A DNA stretch of 64,000 nt from Scyliorhinus canicula (GCF_902713615.1 NC_052169.1:18186439-18250438); one strand, 5' to 3'; counted from the stretch's first letter, positions 1 to 11,804 are shown. Notes: generated by a model from the letters alone, not told the origin. Program-made: numbers and translations.

Positions 1-1353
1 GCATCCCAGGGAGTGTGCACAACAGCTATATCCTGGGGCAGTCGGAGATCACTGGCATCTTCGAGGGACATCCCAGGGTGACTGGCTGGTTCTTGGGGGA
101 TAAGTGGTATCCTCTTCGGACCAGGCCAATGACACCAGTACAGAGACCAGAGACCAATGCAGATACTCGATATAACGAGGCCCATGTGGCCAGCCGGGCT
201 GTCATTGAGCGGTGCATCGGACTGCTGAAAAGTCGGTTTGTTGCCTCAACCGCTCTGGGGTGCACTGCAACACGTCCGGGAGGGTCGCCTGCTTCATGGT
301 GATCTCCTGTGCCCTCCACAACCTTCCACAGCAGCAGGGCGACGTGCTAGAAGGTGGAGGAGGAGAAACATGCGGACATCTCCGAGAATGGGGACAAGGA
401 GGAACCGGAGGTTGGGCCCAGGGAGGACCCATGGGACCAACCAGCCAGAGGGTAAAGGCAGGAGGTGGTGGTGAGGGATTGGCATGGCCAAAGGACCAGG
501 GAGGCCTCATTCTCATAGCACCTGCTTTGTCTGTCATATCACCCCCCTCTCCTTCCCACCCACTGTCCCCCATACCCGTGCTCCACCCAGTCCGCCTCCA
601 CTACCCTTTCCCTTCACTCCCCGACCAACCCCCACCCACCCATTACCTGTCACTGCAACCCCCCCCCCCCCCCCCCCCCCCCATCCCCCCCTTCCCCTGT
701 CCCACCCTTCCAGGGTCTGTGTTCTATCACTTCAGGGAGATGAGCCTGTGTCAGCACTGTTAGCGCCTCAATATACAAGTCAGGATGGTGATGATAACCT
801 GCTGTGAACTGAGCTCTGCCGCTCCTCAATCTATGCCACAGTCTGACCCCTGTCTTTCTGCCTGAGAGCATGTTCACACCCATCACCTGCACGTGGTATA
901 CCTGGGGGGGGGGGGGGGGTCTTGTTGCTGCGAGCCCAGGGGCTGGGCCAGGGAAGGCGGAGGGCAACTAGGGGAGGTGTCGCAGGTAGGCCTGCAGAAT
1001 AATGTGACGGAGGCTTCACATGTATTGGATGTAATGTTTTTAGCCATTGTACATTTGTGACCCTAACTGTCCCTAAACCCTGATGGTGCTGTTCTCACCC
1101 CCCCCCCCCCCCCCGTGCCCTCTCTCGGTGATCCTCCATCTCTTTCGCCCTCCATGTTTTACTGCTACATTTGCCCTCTTTGTGACCTTCCCACAGTACT
1201 TAGCCTTCCACAGAGTGGATTTCCCGCTGAATGGCCATTAATCGGCCAACCAATGCGGAATTGTGCTCCAGGGATGACTACGACCGGGACGGGCTTTGCA
1301 GCCACATCGTGGCCTGCCGAGTGGACGCTTCTGACGGGTGAGAATTTCAGACC
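1..1353 (+). mobile_element. 3' part of a degenerate PIF/Harbinger transposon (DDE_Tnp_4-type transposase C-terminus and right end)
   Basis: GSVHNS, FLGDKWY, YNEAH..R..IERCIGLLKSRF, then frameshift; possible right end near 1335-1353. Confidence 0.75.
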
Positions 1354-1684
1354 ATAAAGCAGTTCTTCATGACAGAAGCTTGAATCAAGCAACAATTGAA
1401 AAGGGAAGTCCGCTGAACGCTCTAAATATAAATCTAACTCAAGGTTAATTGGTCACATTTCACCCACCCAAAGAAAATGTCCCAGCAGCCAAGAAATATC
1501 TGGGGCAAATCATTAAGTGGCAGCAGGCAAACCACTTAAGAGACAGAAACCATTTGTATTTTTGTCTTAATCTCACCCACCTTCGCTCCCAGTAACTGTA
1601 AATAACCGGGGCTGTTGCAATTGCCTCAATGTCAGTTATTCGTTACGATTTCACAATGTTTACCACACTTTCGACCACTATGTA

Positions 1685-1866
1685 TCATAGAATCTACAGT
1701 ACAGAAGGACGTCATTCGGCCCAGCGAGACTGCACCGGCCCTTGGAGAGAGCACCCTACTTAAGCCGACACCTCCACTCTATCCCCATAACCCAGTAACC
1801 CCACCTAACCTTTTTGGATACTGAGGGCAATTTAGCACGGCCAATCCACCAAACCTGCATATTTGG
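1685..1866 (-). mobile_element. V-SINE 3' part / CR1-L2 tail (paralogs ~27449-27627, 55575-55752)
   Basis: CATAGAATC.ACAG..CAGAAGG..CATTCGGCCC tail. Confidence 0.65.
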
Positions 1867-2605
1867 TTGATGATTATCTATGATGTATGGAGGGGGCTTT
1901 AGCAGTAAATTCATGTGGATTCCCTTCATTCCGGTCCTTGTTGTGTGGTGTTCATGTTCCAAACAACATGCATTGGTCCAGAATTAGATTCAAATTCAAA
2001 GGCTGGAAAGTTAGATCAATGGTAATGCGATCTAGAAATAGTTGGAGCTTTTTAACAAATAATTTTCTTGGGATGAGAGCCTTGCTGGCAAGGCTGTCTT
2101 TATTGCCCACCTCTAGTTGCCCTTGACAAGGTGATGGTGAACCTTTTCCTTAGACTCCACACTCTGTGTGGTGTAGGTGCACCCACAAAGCTTTGTTGTC
2201 AGGAGTTCCAGGGGTTTGAATTTGGGGCGAATGAAGGACAAGCAGCAACAGGAAGAGTGTTGTATGTGTGGATATGGAAGACTTGTGCACCTGTACCTGT
2301 CAAGTGTTGGGAAACCTGGTTGAGTTTGATCATCTCTACCTCAGGGGCCTTGAGCCCGATTGCTGTGTCCTCACTGGGATAATTCCATTTACTCCATTAG
2401 CTTGGCATAAAATTCCTGCTTCAATGATAACTCACTTCATCATTTCATTGACATTTAAAACAATTTTTATTCAATGACTTCCCATCACATGGGTTTACAT
2501 TCTGCATAATAGTCCTATATTATGCATATCACACAGCAGCAATGCATTGTTCTAGAGTCCTGCCTGAGTTGTGGTGGGGGTTGGGATGGAATTGGTCCTC
2601 GTTAG

Positions 2606-2856
2606 TGTGGTAGTCGGTATTAGAGGTATTACGGTACCTAGGTTGATGCTGTAAGATCATTGGTGTGGGAGGTACCTGAGACAGTAAGATCATTGGTGAA
2701 GCCTGCCTGCTGGTTCCGCCCAGTAAGGCGGAGTATAACAGCCTGTGTCTCCCTAGCAGCTGCATTCTGTACCTGTGCTGCTGGGGGAAACATCTAGTCC
2801 AATAAAGCCTTCAATTGTACTCCAATCTCGCTTCGAGAGTTATTGATCGTGCATCC
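2606..2856 (+). mobile_element. Solo LTR with (C)GTTAG target-site duplication
   Basis: TGTGG start, AATAAA, flanked by gttag/gttag; empty site at 56449-56454. Confidence 0.8.
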
Positions 2857-3274
2857 GTTAGTGGTGTGAAACTCACAGAGAATCAACAGTCAGTTTCCCC
2901 CGTGTCAAATTTTCATTTCAGTCAAAGTCAAAATTGGCAAAGACCAGTTTCAGCCCCAAATGAATAACCGGCGCATTCTTCAACTGTGTGATCCCACGCT
3001 CTGCGTTGGTGAGATTGGAAACGCAGAATGGGTCGGTCTCTTTGCTTTGTGTTGATAGCCACATAGCCTCAGAACAATCTGTGAAAGCCAAGGAGTTGCT
3101 GCCTGTGATTTGATACCATTTACAGAATGCTCCAGAATATTACAGTCTGCACAAAGTCCTGTGTCTCAAACAGCTTTGATGCTACGGCTGGTGAAACACA
3201 CTTGCTCCCGAGGGTGGCAATTAACTCTGGTGTTCCGTGTGGTTTCCCTTCTCTGGAAATTCTTGGATGAATAG

Positions 3275-3580
3275 AAAGAAGACTTCCAGCTATATCAGGC
3301 CATTCACGACCTCAGGACTTTCCAAGATCTTTACAAATTAGTTTGGATATAATCATTATCATAATGCAGGAAACACAGCAACCAGTTTGCACACAGCAAG
3401 TTCCCACAAGCAGCAATCTGATAACGTCCAGATAAAAATTGGCTCTTGATCGTAATGCCACAGGATCTTTTCAGTCCATCTGACAGAGCAGACAGGTTCA
3501 GGACATTGCCTTCAACAATGCAACACTCCCTTGGTGCTGCACTGAAGTATCTGCCTAGATTATGTGCTCAAATTCCGGAT
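3275..3580 (-). mobile_element. Old Deu-domain SINE relic (paralogs ~29030-29335, 56870-57175)
   Basis: GCACACAGCAAGTTCCCACAAGCAGCAAT and GCAACACTCCCT..TGCACTG..CCTAGATT resemble the DeuSINE core, recognised from memory. Confidence 0.5.
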
Positions 3581-4966
3581 TGTCATTCAAATTTCCCGAT
3601 ATCTATTTTCGACCTGTGAAGTATCATAGCAGGAGTGGGAACCTATAAAATCATCTCCCAGGTTCAGCATGGCTCCAACAATACTTGTTCATTCGAACTT
3701 TTAAAGAGCTTCCCAGTGATAATGGTTTGATTTTCCATTTCCCACACTAGCCTTCATTACAGCCTCCCTCACCTGAATCACAGTTCTGTGCTGTAAGGCC
3801 ATGTTGGCTGCCCTGGGGTAAACTCATTCCATGTCACGATGTTGTGAGCAGTCGACAGAGCAGACTATCCTCTCGACGTTCTGGACTGCGTTTCAGCCCG
3901 GGTACCACGGGGCGAAGGGTGAACGGATATGATACTGAAACTACTATCGGTGCAACATAAACTGACACACAAAGATCACAAGTTCAGGTGATGCAGGAAA
4001 AGCAAAGGGTCACGCACTGGAACATTGGGGCCTTTACTGTGTTTGAGGTCCATGCACCTAGTAGGTGCTGAGTGGAGGAAATTGACACTGTGCCAGTTAC
4101 ATTCTGCACCAGTCCTGGGCCTGCTCAATACGGACGATGGAGCATGGAATTTGGATCCGGGTGTAGCACAAAATGCACACACTCAATTCGGCTGGTGACA
4201 AGAGAACAGTGGATTGAACCCATAGCTTATTCTGATTATACGAAGCAGCCTGTGGGGTCCCAGACATAATGGGGAGTAAGTTTAGGAGGTGGGTTTATGG
4301 GCAGGGGCAACATTCGGAGATATTAATCTGGTTTAGGCCCTGCTGCAAGCATTAAGTGTCTTTATTAGCTTATTAAAGAGGCCTAACTCCTGTCTCAGGC
4401 AGCTGTCAGAGACCCATTAATATAGCAGCATTGATATGGTGCCAGACATGTTTCTGACAATTTGGGAATGGTGGGTTGGTCCCTGTAATACCTCTCACCA
4501 GACTCACCGGGACACCCTGATTCATCTCCCCATGGGACCCATGGAATACAAGCTCCCCCGCTATTGGGCGGAGGTCCATCAGCTGGAGCTCGTAAAGATT
4601 GCCTCATAATAGCCGGCCCGGACTGGACCCGGTGTGAGCAGTAGTGACTGGGACCTTGGGATTGCAAGTCACGTTGCAGCCTTTATTTTTGTTGTTGAAT
4701 TAAACTTCTTTTGGATTTACCCTCTCGGGCCTCCTGAGATTTCATAGTCCCCTAAATTGGACTTCATTTGCGCTATTATTCAGCAGGAAAAATAGTGTAG
4801 CAATAACTAATTCAACCCCTTCAAATGATCCTCCCCATCCCAACCCCCACCTTTCAGGTGTCCACAGTGGGAAAGTGTTCAATATCTAGCTCAGAACATA
4901 AATGTAAAATGTTTGTATATTTGTGAAAAAACTTGCACCACTATGAATTTAAACTTCTCCTTTTTC

Positions 4967-5232
4967 CTATAATTGATTAAGCTCAGGTGCCTCCATTTCA
5001 GAATAAATAGGGTTTTCTTCCATTTTTAGCGGGCCATGTTTTGGGTCATTTTCCTCCAGGTGGGACTGTGTCTCCGTGTTTCTGAGACTCCCAGTCTCAG
5101 GGTAGCTGATCAAAGAGTAATCCTGGTCATCAGATGACACAATGGGATCTTGCTCTTTCAACGGTGACTGGTCATTGAGTTCAGTGGCTGGAGAGGTTTC
5201 AACCTGACGCCCATGGTTCAGGTGGTCTTTGC
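4967..5232 (-). CDS. Copy A exon 10, terminal tail (QDYSLI, NPIYSEM)
   Basis: ctctcttaatacctag acceptor, frame continuous with ORF 4967..5161 to TAG. Confidence 0.8.
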
Positions 5233-5381
5233 CTAGGTATTAAGAGAGATTGTGTTTAATGAGGCTTGCCAGCAATTGAAGGCAAATAATGACAGCGAAC
5301 AGTTTAGTTCCATGAGATAAAGGTTTAGGAGCTTTCGAACAGTTACAGGTTGGATTGTACTGAAAGGTTGAAGCTACTTAC

Positions 5382-5416
5382 GTTTCGCTCCCTGGGTTTC
5401 AGTTTTGTCTCCATCA
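5382..5416 (-). CDS. Copy A exon 9, 35 nt (SDGDKTETQGAK)
   Basis: ttttccgaag acceptor, C|gtaagt donor, phase 2->1. Confidence 0.7.
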
Positions 5417-6156
5417 CTTCGGAAAACAGAAAATGAAAAATGTGAAAACTGAGTCACAAAAGATTCAAGTAATATTTTAACATCTCTCATTGGAGTCTTG
5501 ATTCAGCCACTTTCTCCCCAAGGTCTGGATTTGAACCCAGCCCAGGCTGAAATTCTCTCATTCACATTGCTCCTCTCTCTCGTTGCTCCTCTCTCTCGTT
5601 GCTTCTCTGAACCTCTCTGTCTGTCAGTCTGTTAATTCTCTCCTTGACTTCCTGTGTCTCTCTCGCTGACTCTCTGGCCAAACTGACCAACTGTGGCTGC
5701 CGGGGCGGGGGGGGGGGGGGGGGATGCGTAGACCTGTGAGGGCAGAGGGGTGGGGTAGGGTGAACTACACGCTACCAGCCCATCCATTCAGTTGCAGGTG
5801 ATCCCATAACTCAAAACAAAATGCATGCCAGGCCAAACGCATGTGCAGAAACAACCAGCAAAGGAAGGAATTGGGGACAAAATCCTTCCCTGGAAGGCCC
5901 GAACCACCAGGATACAGATGAAAGGCCGAAATACGGGACAGTCCAACCTGGTCAGGATTTTCTGGCCCAACCAATCATCACGGGCAGGGTGGAAAATTTG
6001 ACAGACCTGCAAAAGATCCATTGACTTTGAACGGGAGGAGAAAATCCCCGACGTGGCTGCCTTTTCTTCCTTGTTTCTTTCTGTGATGGGCTCTCTCCAC
6101 TTCTCTCTCCATTTCTTTTTCTCCCCCACCCCCTCCCTCTCTCTCCCCCACCCCCT

Positions 6157-6406
6157 NNNNNNNNNNNNNNNNNNNNNNNNNNNNNNNNNNNNNNNNNNNN
6201 NNNNNNNNNNNNNNNNNNNNNNNNNNNNNNNNNNNNNNNNNNNNNNNNNNNNNNNNNNNNNNNNNNNNNNNNNNNNNNNNNNNNNNNNNNNNNNNNNNNN
6301 NNNNNNNNNNNNNNNNNNNNNNNNNNNNNNNNNNNNNNNNNNNNNNNNNNNNNNNNNNNNNNNNNNNNNNNNNNNNNNNNNNNNNNNNNNNNNNNNNNNN
6401 NNNNNN
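6157..6406. other. Assembly gap (250 N)
   Basis: Ns, flanked by CT-rich sequence. Confidence 0.99.
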
Positions 6407-6657
6407 TCTCTGTCTGTCTCTCACTCTGTCTCTCGCAGGGTCCTGTATCGGCAGCCACAGCTGCGAGGGGCACTCCGGGGCCCTGCTAGGCCCCTGCAAA
6501 ATGGAGAATCACTCTGGACTACCGCCAGGAAAGTCCAGAGTGATTCGCACCCGTTTTCTCACGGGTGTGGGGACACAGCCCCATTATCATTATCATGTGG
6601 GGACAATCAGGCCTAAAGCTCTGATCTGCAGATTTAAACAGATATAAATGGGAAACC

Positions 6658-6992
6658 CGAGTGGAATTCTCTGATAATGGGGCCATGTCCCCAAGCCCGT
6701 GAGAAAACGGGTGCAAATCACTCTGGACTTTCCTGGAGAAAGTCTTGAGTGATTCTCCATTTTGCAGGGGGCTTGCAGGGCCCCGGAGTGCCCCTCGCAG
6801 CTGTGGCTGCCGATATGGGGCCCTGCACTTCCAGCCGCGGGTCCGTGCATGCGCGCGACGGTCATCTGCGGCGGCGGCCCCATGGAACACCGTAGGCCTG
6901 CCCCGCCAATATAGCCCCCCCCCCCCCCCAACCGAGATCACACTTGCCAGCTGATCAGTGGCCCCTGATCGTGAGCCTGGCCGTCCTGGAGG

Positions 6993-7024
<32 letters not shown>

Positions 7025-7290
7025 TGGTCCGCAGCCGCCACTCCGAATTCCCGCCGGGTGGAACCATGAGTGAACCATGCCGACGGGAACTCGGCCAGTT
7101 ATCGGCAGAGAATCGCCGTGGGGGCCTCTTAAAATGGCCCCCAACTGGCACTGTGTGCGTGATTGGCGGCGATGCTTCGGTCCCCGGGGAATCGAAGGAG
7201 TGGCGTCGGACCCGATCGCGGGTCTGACACACATTCTCCGCCCCCATGCCGAGCGCGATTGCGGCGCGGAGGCTCAGAGAATACCGGCCC
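6658..7290. mobile_element. Older MITE of the same family (paralog ~32345-32898)
   Basis: Degenerate TIRs; copy C runs straight through at ~63449. Confidence 0.7.
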
Positions 7291-7502
7291 TAACTTTTAA
7301 AGTCGGGATTCCCGTCGTGTCAGTGATGGGGACAATCGAGTGGGGAAATTCCACCAGCGTAAAATCCATTTTGGACTCCCGCTCCATACTCCACCCCCTC
7401 TGTTGTTCCTGCCCCCTGAAAACTGGGGTGGCAAATCCTGGTCTATGATTTAAAATTGTTGAATTAATTGTTGAGTCTAGAAGGCGAAAGTTGAAAGATG
7501 AG

Positions 7503-8198
7503 GGGCGGGATTCTCCCCTACCCGGCGGGGCAGGGGGTCCCGGCGGGATGGAGTGGCGTGAACCACTCCGGCGTTGGGCCGCCCCAAAGGTGGGGAAATC
7601 TCCGCACCTTTAGGGGTCAAGCCCTAAAATTGAGAGGGAGGCGGCGCTGGAGTGGTTGGCGCCACGCCGGCCGGTGGGAACGGCCTTTGGCGCCATGCCA
7701 TCCGGTGCCGAAGGGACTTCGCCGGCCGGCGGAAGTCCGCGCATGTGCCGTAGCGTCAGCGGCTGCTGACATCATCCCCGCGCATGCGCAAGGGAGGGGG
7801 TCACTTCCGCCTCCGCCATCGTAAAGACTATGGCGAAGGCGGAAGGAAAAGTGTGCCCCCACGGCACAGGCCTGCCCGCCGATCGGTGGGCCCCGATCGC
7901 GGGGGCCAGGCCACAGATCGCCCCCCCCCCCACCAGGACTCCGGAGCCCACCCGCGCCGCCTGGTCCCACCAGTAAGGTAGGTGGTTTGATTCACGCTGG
8001 TGGGACCGGCATGAAAGCGGCGGGCCGGAGAATCGCCGGGGGGGGGGGGGGGGGGGGGGGGGTCCACCCAAAGGCGCGGCGCGATTCCCACCCCCACCGA
8101 ATCTCTGGTGCAGGAGACTTTGGGAGGCAGTGGGGGCGGGATTCACGCCGGACCCCGGCGATTCTCTAACCTGGCGGAGGGGTCGGAGAATCCTGCCC
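7503..8198. mobile_element. GC-rich MITE, TIR GGGCGGGATTCTCC, 3-bp TSD GAG (paralog 33112-33798)
   Basis: TIRs and TSD seen; near-empty site at ~63655. A 3-bp TSD fits PIF/Harbinger. Confidence 0.85.
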
Positions 8199-8199
8199 G

Positions 8200-8890
8200 A
8201 GGTGCTGGTCCTCGAGCTTGCCTTGAGCTTCACTGGAACATTGCAGCAGGCCAAGGGCCGGGAGGTCAGGGCAAGGTGGAGAATTAAAATGACAAGTAAC
8301 TGGGAGCTCGGGCTCACACTTACAGACTGAATTGAGGTGTTCTGCAAAATGGTCACCCAGTCTGCATTTGGTGTTCCCCAATGTAGAGGAGGCCACACAA
8401 TGAGCAGCAAATACAATATGTTGGCTACATTGTAAAAGGTACAAGTAGGTTGCTGTTCCACTGAGAGTGAATGTTTGGGGCCTCGAATGGTGAGAATGGA
8501 GGAGATAAAAGGAGAATCCTCAGCCGAGGGGAAAGGAAGACACATTGAAAGTGCTTATATAAAAGGTTACATTGTCCACAAAGGTGCGATAGAGATGGAG
8601 AAAATGAACTGGAGTCTTCACATGAAGTAAGGTGGGAGAAAGTGTAGTCAAGGGAGTGATGCAAGTCAGTGTATTTATAGTATTGGTATCCCAGAAATGG
8701 AGGCCACAAAGTCAAGGGAGGGAAGTGAAGAGTCAGAGATGGATGAAGTGAAGGTGAGAGAAGGGTGGAAATTAATGTAAAGTCAATGAAAGTTTCCAAT
8801 TCAGAGGGTGAGAGCTTATAAGGCTGGTCAAAGTGGAGAACAGCCATTGATCAGCATGGAATCCTTCACTATATTAACCATTCTCTAATC
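8200..8890 (-). mobile_element. Penelope-like retroelement relic with GIY-YIG fragment (paralogs ~33800-34480, 63655-63900)
   Basis: LGNTKCRLGDHFAEHLNSV..PELPVTCHFNSP..GLLQC..KLEDQHL. Confidence 0.7.
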
Positions 8891-8963
8891 CTCCACTCCC
8901 CCCTAGAGATCACTGTTGTCAGTTCCGGAAGTTGCTGGAGCTGATGTCTGACACTCTGTGTAC

Positions 8964-9147
8964 CTTTTAACTGCTGATTCATCGATCAAACAGTACACAT
9001 GCTCTGTGGAGGCAGAGGTAGAGTGGGTGTCCTGCCCTTCTCCAGGCCTTGGCTGGCTCAGAGCCATTGGAACACTGGACACTGCGTACGCAACATGTTC
9101 ATTTTCATCTGTCTGTTCCTTCCTGGGAAACACAGAGTATGGTAAAC
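8964..9147 (-). CDS. Copy A exon 8, Tyr-motif exon (LPYSVF, VAYAVS, HVYCLI)
   Basis: ccttccttctag acceptor, AG|gtacac donor, 184 nt, phase 1->2; lies within ORF 8903..9190. Confidence 0.75.
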
Positions 9148-9241
9148 CTAGAAGGAAGGATTGCAACGCAAGGTCTGCTGTCAGTTTCAACTCTCAAAAT
9201 GATAGGCTCGGTAATGTTGGGCAGTAATCCTGGTCACTTAC

Positions 9242-9276
9242 ATTCGTCTTCCTGTGTCAGTTGCACATCACCGTCC
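9242..9276 (-). CDS. Copy A exon 7, 35 nt (DGDVQLTQEDE)
   Basis: ttttttaataactgtag acceptor, T|gtaagt donor, phase 2->1. Confidence 0.7.
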
Positions 9277-9368
9277 CTACAGTTATTAAAAAATAGATTT
9301 GTAAATATTTCATTAAATGGACAGGACAATGCAGAAATGTCCAAAAACTGAGTGAAAACCCTGCCTAC

Positions 9369-9390
9369 CTCTGTCCGGGTGCCGAGGATC
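9369..9390 (-). CDS. Copy A exon 6, 22-nt cytoplasmic micro-exon (GSSAPGQR)
   Basis: gtgaag acceptor, AG|gtaggc donor; supplies the phase 1->2 step the model needs. Confidence 0.6.
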
Positions 9391-9500
9391 CTTCACAAAT
9401 GTAACAAGATTGGAAAGACAAAGTTAAAAATCTTTGGAAGGAGTCTGCATTAAATACAATTTTCCCGATTTAAATTCAATAGTTTATAACTCTGACTTAC

Positions 9501-9611
9501 CGTTGCCCATTTGTCGTTTCCGTCTGATTATGCAAATTGCCCCAACAATGCAAATAAGTGCAATCATACACACTATGGCGATGATCACAGGTTTATTTTT
9601 ACTGTTTGAAT
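9501..9611 (-). CDS. Copy A exon 5, transmembrane (NSNSKNKPVIIAIVCMIALICIVGAICIIRRKRQMGN)
   Basis: ctcctctgcag acceptor, G|gtaagt donor; 21-aa uncharged hydrophobic run followed by RRKR stop-transfer. Confidence 0.9.
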
Positions 9612-9823
9612 CTGCAGAGGAGAAGCAACATTAGATTCAGGTTGTGCAATCCTGTATTATACGTCAGGTTTCTTACACTGCCTACCTAACTTTCTAGTTA
9701 CAATCTGGAATAATAAATGGCGAAGGGAGGAAATTGAACCAATTTACAATGGGTACAAACTGTACAAACAGACCCAGAATTTCTCAGCTGGAGTTATTGA
9801 CATTAAATCATTCATATCGCGGA

Positions 9824-10225
9824 TGATGTGTTGGGTAAGCTGGGTCTGCGAGGACTGCGTTTACTGTAGCAGTGAGAGAGACAGGCTTCCAACACTTGGA
9901 GAAATGCAACTCGATTTTATTGAACTACCAACTATTAAACATACTTAAACTGTGGGTTGACACTATGCTGAGTTGCCTGGAGACCTGAGGCTAATCTGAC
10001 CAGACTATCTTACTACCACAAGGTGTATGTTCTAGTTGTTGCTCACGGGCTCTGACTGTCTCAGAGGCTGCATCCCAAGAGAGCGGGAAAACTAGTGCCC
10101 TCTGGCTTTATAGTGGCCGTGTCCTGTCTGGTGATTGGCTGCTGTGTTCTGTGTTCATTGGTCATCATGTGTGTCAATCAATGTCTGTCTGTGCACCATC
10201 ATATATTTGTGTGTATATTATGACA
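9824..10225 (-). mobile_element. Solo LTR in intron 4, sense to the gene (paralog 35414-35815)
   Basis: TG..CA ends; CCAAT, TATAAA and AATAAA in correct order on the minus strand; TSD imperfect. Confidence 0.65.
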
Positions 10226-10239
10226 GCTTACTTACTTAC

Positions 10240-10347
10240 TTTCACTTTTGAGAGGAGTTACACTGGTGGTCACTGGAGATATTTTGAGTGTTGAGTTGAG
10301 GCTGTCTGACGATACACTACTCCAGATTGCAGTCAAGGTTACCTGGT
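10240..10347 (-). CDS. Copy A exon 4, Ser/Thr-rich stalk (DQVTLTAIWSSVSSDSLNSTLKISPVTTSVTPLKSE)
   Basis: ttccccag acceptor, A|gtaagt donor, 108 nt, phase 1-1. Confidence 0.75.
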
Positions 10348-10492
10348 CTGGGGAACTAACATTCCAGGTAGAATCTGGAATGATAAATGGCGAAGGATGG
10401 AAATTGAGCCAGTTTACAACGGCTACAGACTCCCTCAGCTGGAATTTTTGATATTAAATGATTTATATCATATTGTCCATTGTCTGACTTAC

Positions 10493-11080
10493 CGTCACTA
10501 TTTGTATGAGTTCCACTGCTGGTCACTGAGGATAATCCAGATGTTGAGGTCACAGAGGATAATCCAGACGTTGAGGTCACTGAGGATAATCCAGATGTTG
10601 AGGTCACTGAGGATAATCCAGATGTTGAGGTCACTGAGGATATTCCAGATATTGAGGTTTGAGTCTTCGGAGATTCTGTATTTTCTGTCACAGTGAGGGA
10701 GATGTTTGCTGCAATCTTCCAGACAGGGTTCCCTGAGGCCTGAGTGTGCACAACACAGAGATACCTCCCAGTGTCCATCTCCGTGACTGAGTGAATAGTA
10801 AGGTTGTGAGCCTGGTTTGCATTTGTATGACTGTGTGAGCTTTGGTTAGAGATTCTTTGTGACAACTCTCTATCCACACAGCATCATTTGTTAGAATGTG
10901 CTTTATGATCCTCAATATGTACAGAGTGCAGACACTGGTTAATTTTTCCAGATGTGATCCAAAACAGAGTGAAGGGCCAGGATCCTTTATTCTCAAACAG
11001 GCAGGGTAAAGTCACATTCACTCCCTCTGACACTGACAGCAACGAGGGGATTTCATCAGTGGAAATTACTTTGTCTGAAT
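10493..11080 (-). pseudogene. Copy A exon 3, V-set D2 + mucin repeats, with premature stop
   Basis: tttctag acceptor, G|gtaagt donor; VTLPC, LFW, NLTI, DTGRYLC; TGA at 10884-10886. Confidence 0.85.
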
Positions 11081-11139
11081 CTAGAAACAACATTTAAAAG
11101 AATAATTGTTACTTGAATAATCTCCAACGTTGTACTTTA

Positions 11140-11350
11140 GGGGCTGGTTTAGCTCAGTGGGCTAGACAGTGGGTTTGTAATGCAGAACAAGGCCAGAGCA
11201 CGGGCTCAATTCCTGTACCAGTTGAGAATTCTGAATTCTCCCTCTGTGTATCCGAACAGGCACCGGAATGTGGCGACTAGAGGATTTTCACAGTAACTTC
11301 ATTGCAGTGTTAATGGAAGCCTACTTGTGACAATAAAAGATTATTGTTAT
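11140..11350 (+). mobile_element. tRNA-derived SINE (paralog ~36724-36921)
   Basis: GGGGCTGGTTTAGCTCAGTGG A box; tail AATGTGGCGACTAG..GACAATAAA..(ATT)n. Confidence 0.75.
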
Positions 11351-11804
11351 TGTCAAAGGATTTCCAGAAGTCCATGTTAACCACATTCACTGCATTTCTC
11401 CATCTACCTTGTCTGTTACGTCCTCAACAGTTTGTCAAGCACATCGGGGGGAATTTTCATTTTTTTCTAGCACAACGGCTCAATGCCAGCTTTTCCATCC
11501 AGACGTTTTGAAACTCAGTCAAAAGAAATCCTGGGGGCGGGTCCCAGGACATCACTCTGACGGGATGGGCTCTGATTGAACCTGCCTACCAGAAACTTCA
11601 AGAGACCCGAGCGCCCTTCGATCCAAACAGAATTAAACTAGAGAGAGGTGTCGTCCCTCCCGGAAATGAGGTGCTCCCCCATAAATACACCTCTCGCTCG
11701 ACAAGCCCCACCAAGCACGCAACCCCCGCCCCCTCCACCAGGAATATCCCCCTCCCCATACAGCTCCCCATTATCTTACCCGCACCTCTACTGGGAACTG
11801 CAAT

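Noticed and set aside
6400-8200. Numerous Gly/Pro/Arg-rich ORFs in GC-rich stretches (also 32100-33900, 61200-62950)
   Set aside because: They lie inside MITEs with poly-C/G tracts and change frame between paralogs.
10397-10696. Plus-strand ORF with LRIIQMLRS repeats (also 35987-36286)
   Set aside because: Antisense shadow of the 27-bp stalk repeat.
10884-10886. Selenocysteine or programmed read-through
   Set aside because: The paralog has Arg (CGA), a simple CpG transition explains it, and I saw no SECIS evidence.
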